Assembly: GCA_964016885.1 (NCBI GenBank)
Contig: OZ024754.1
Span: 17,360,001-17,424,000 of the forward strand
DNA length: 64,000 nucleotides
Direction of reading: 5' to 3'
Source of the DNA: Eledone cirrhosa
Lineage: Eukaryota
Shown here: piece by piece, positions 62,542-64,000 of the stretch
How the letters are laid out: every line of letters begins with the position of its first letter
How positions within the stretch are numbered: the first letter of the stretch is position 1
Notes under the pieces: generated by a model
Told to the model about the DNA's origin: nothing
The model's database searches: none
What the model saw: the letters and a program-made list of their open reading frames with translations, nothing else
Translations under genes and position numbers: made by a program

Positions 62542-63525
62542 TATATTTACTTAAGATTTTTAATTATTTATGAAACTTGGCGATAAATCTTTCGATTCCT
62601 TCAATTTTTTAAACCTTCTTCATGAGTATATAATTAATGATGTAATTAAACTACCTTAAAATGGTGATGCTCCCAATCTATTGAATAAAATGTTTAAGCT
62701 AGATAAACTTCTATAATAAATATAAGACCATCTGTAGAACAACCGGGTATCCTAAAGTTTTTTTTTTTTTTTTTTTTGAATGATTTCTGCTAAATAAGTT
62801 TTGTTGAATAATTTTGGTTTTGTTTGCTTTTGATTCTGATTGCTTCTAATGAACTTGGCAATATATTGTCAAATAAATTGGAAGGGTTGATTTCTGTGAT
62901 TGATATGCGGGGCACACTGTGTTTTCTTACGGCCCTAGATACTCTGGGGAGTGAAATATTCTTGGCGTTTTTAATATATTTTTAATATATTGATATCTGT
63001 TGTCTATTCTATGCTTGAACGATAATCATGTAAGAGAGGGCAAGAATATTATTATTAATAATGTATATTTTATGTATATATATATGTATGTACATATATG
63101 TATGGTAGAATCTTTTGTAACGCAATGAAGATTTTCATGTGAAATAAAAATTTACAGAGATGATCACGTAAACTCACATGTGTGTCTATAATGTCAACTT
63201 GAATTTGAGATAACCTTCTCTTTTTCTTTCTCTTTTTTCTTTTTCCTTTTTCATGAAAATACATATATACTTATGTATTTCAGTATTTTTTTGAAGTTTT
63301 ATCTCAGATTTTGATTATAAACCTAAGCATTTTTAAACTAAACATATAGTCATTATTTTTTCACACATTATTGATATGTGTCTCATTCATGAATATTGAT
63401 ATTTACATTATAATACCTCATTCATAAGAATTGATAGACTGATGAAACATAATATTTTAAAACTATCATCTTTATTTCTGAATATATCTCTTCTCCTCCT
63501 CCCTCTACACTTGACTTGTTGTTTA

Positions 63526-63526
<1 letters not shown>

Positions 63527-63612
<86 letters not shown>

Positions 63613-63714
63613 AAAGTGAGTTACAAACGTGAGTCATACAAAAGTGAGTTACAAACGAAACGAAATTTAATTTCGTTTCGTTATTTGTTTTTATATAATA
63701 TATATATATATAAT

Positions 63715-63812
<98 letters not shown>
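63527..63812. repeat. (TA)n tracts with a short duplicated and palindromic insert
   Basis: Directly visible. Confidence 0.9.
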
Positions 63813-63813
<1 letters not shown>

Positions 63814-64000
63814 AACAACACAATACAATTATTCCATTACCCAAGGTTTCACGAAGTAACTTTATTCTGTGAAAGACAGAGAGAGAAAACTTTATTCATT
63901 GATTTATTCATTGAACCTTGTTTGACCTTTAAATATATATATATATCTGATATATATTTGTGAAATGGGTGGTGGTTGAAATTCAGTTGTGCACGGTTAA

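Overview
This is an AT-rich, gene-free eukaryotic window made almost entirely of transposons and microsatellites; the SINE repertoire suggests an octopus-like cephalopod (inference). No host exons are evident, and most listed ORFs are microsatellite translations or antisense shadows. Main contents: (1) several Penelope-like elements (PLEs; RT plus C-terminal GIY-YIG), mostly abutting (TA)n tracts, including a 7.6-kb palindromic insertion (29346-36973) with the RT on one arm and the only endonuclease on the other; (2) a 14.6-kb head-to-tail array of R4/Dong-type RT-RLE retrotransposons separated by (TAA)n, with one uninterrupted 1130-aa ORF; (3) CRE-like, RTE-like, mariner, pogo/Tigger, hAT-MITE and Helitron remnants; (4) many tRNA-derived SINEs. 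The main signal invisible in the ORF track is about 19 type-I hammerhead ribozyme (HHR) motifs of roughly a dozen sequence types, found by eye, including U3-A8, U4A, U4C and long-stem-II variants. The best candidate novel system is a young, non-coding ~1-kb HHR-bearing element. It inserts next to microsatellites as a fold-back pair with shared breakpoints (16161-17430, 57759-59260), consistent with a PLE-dependent retrozyme-like parasite. Coordinates were read manually and may be off by a few bases.
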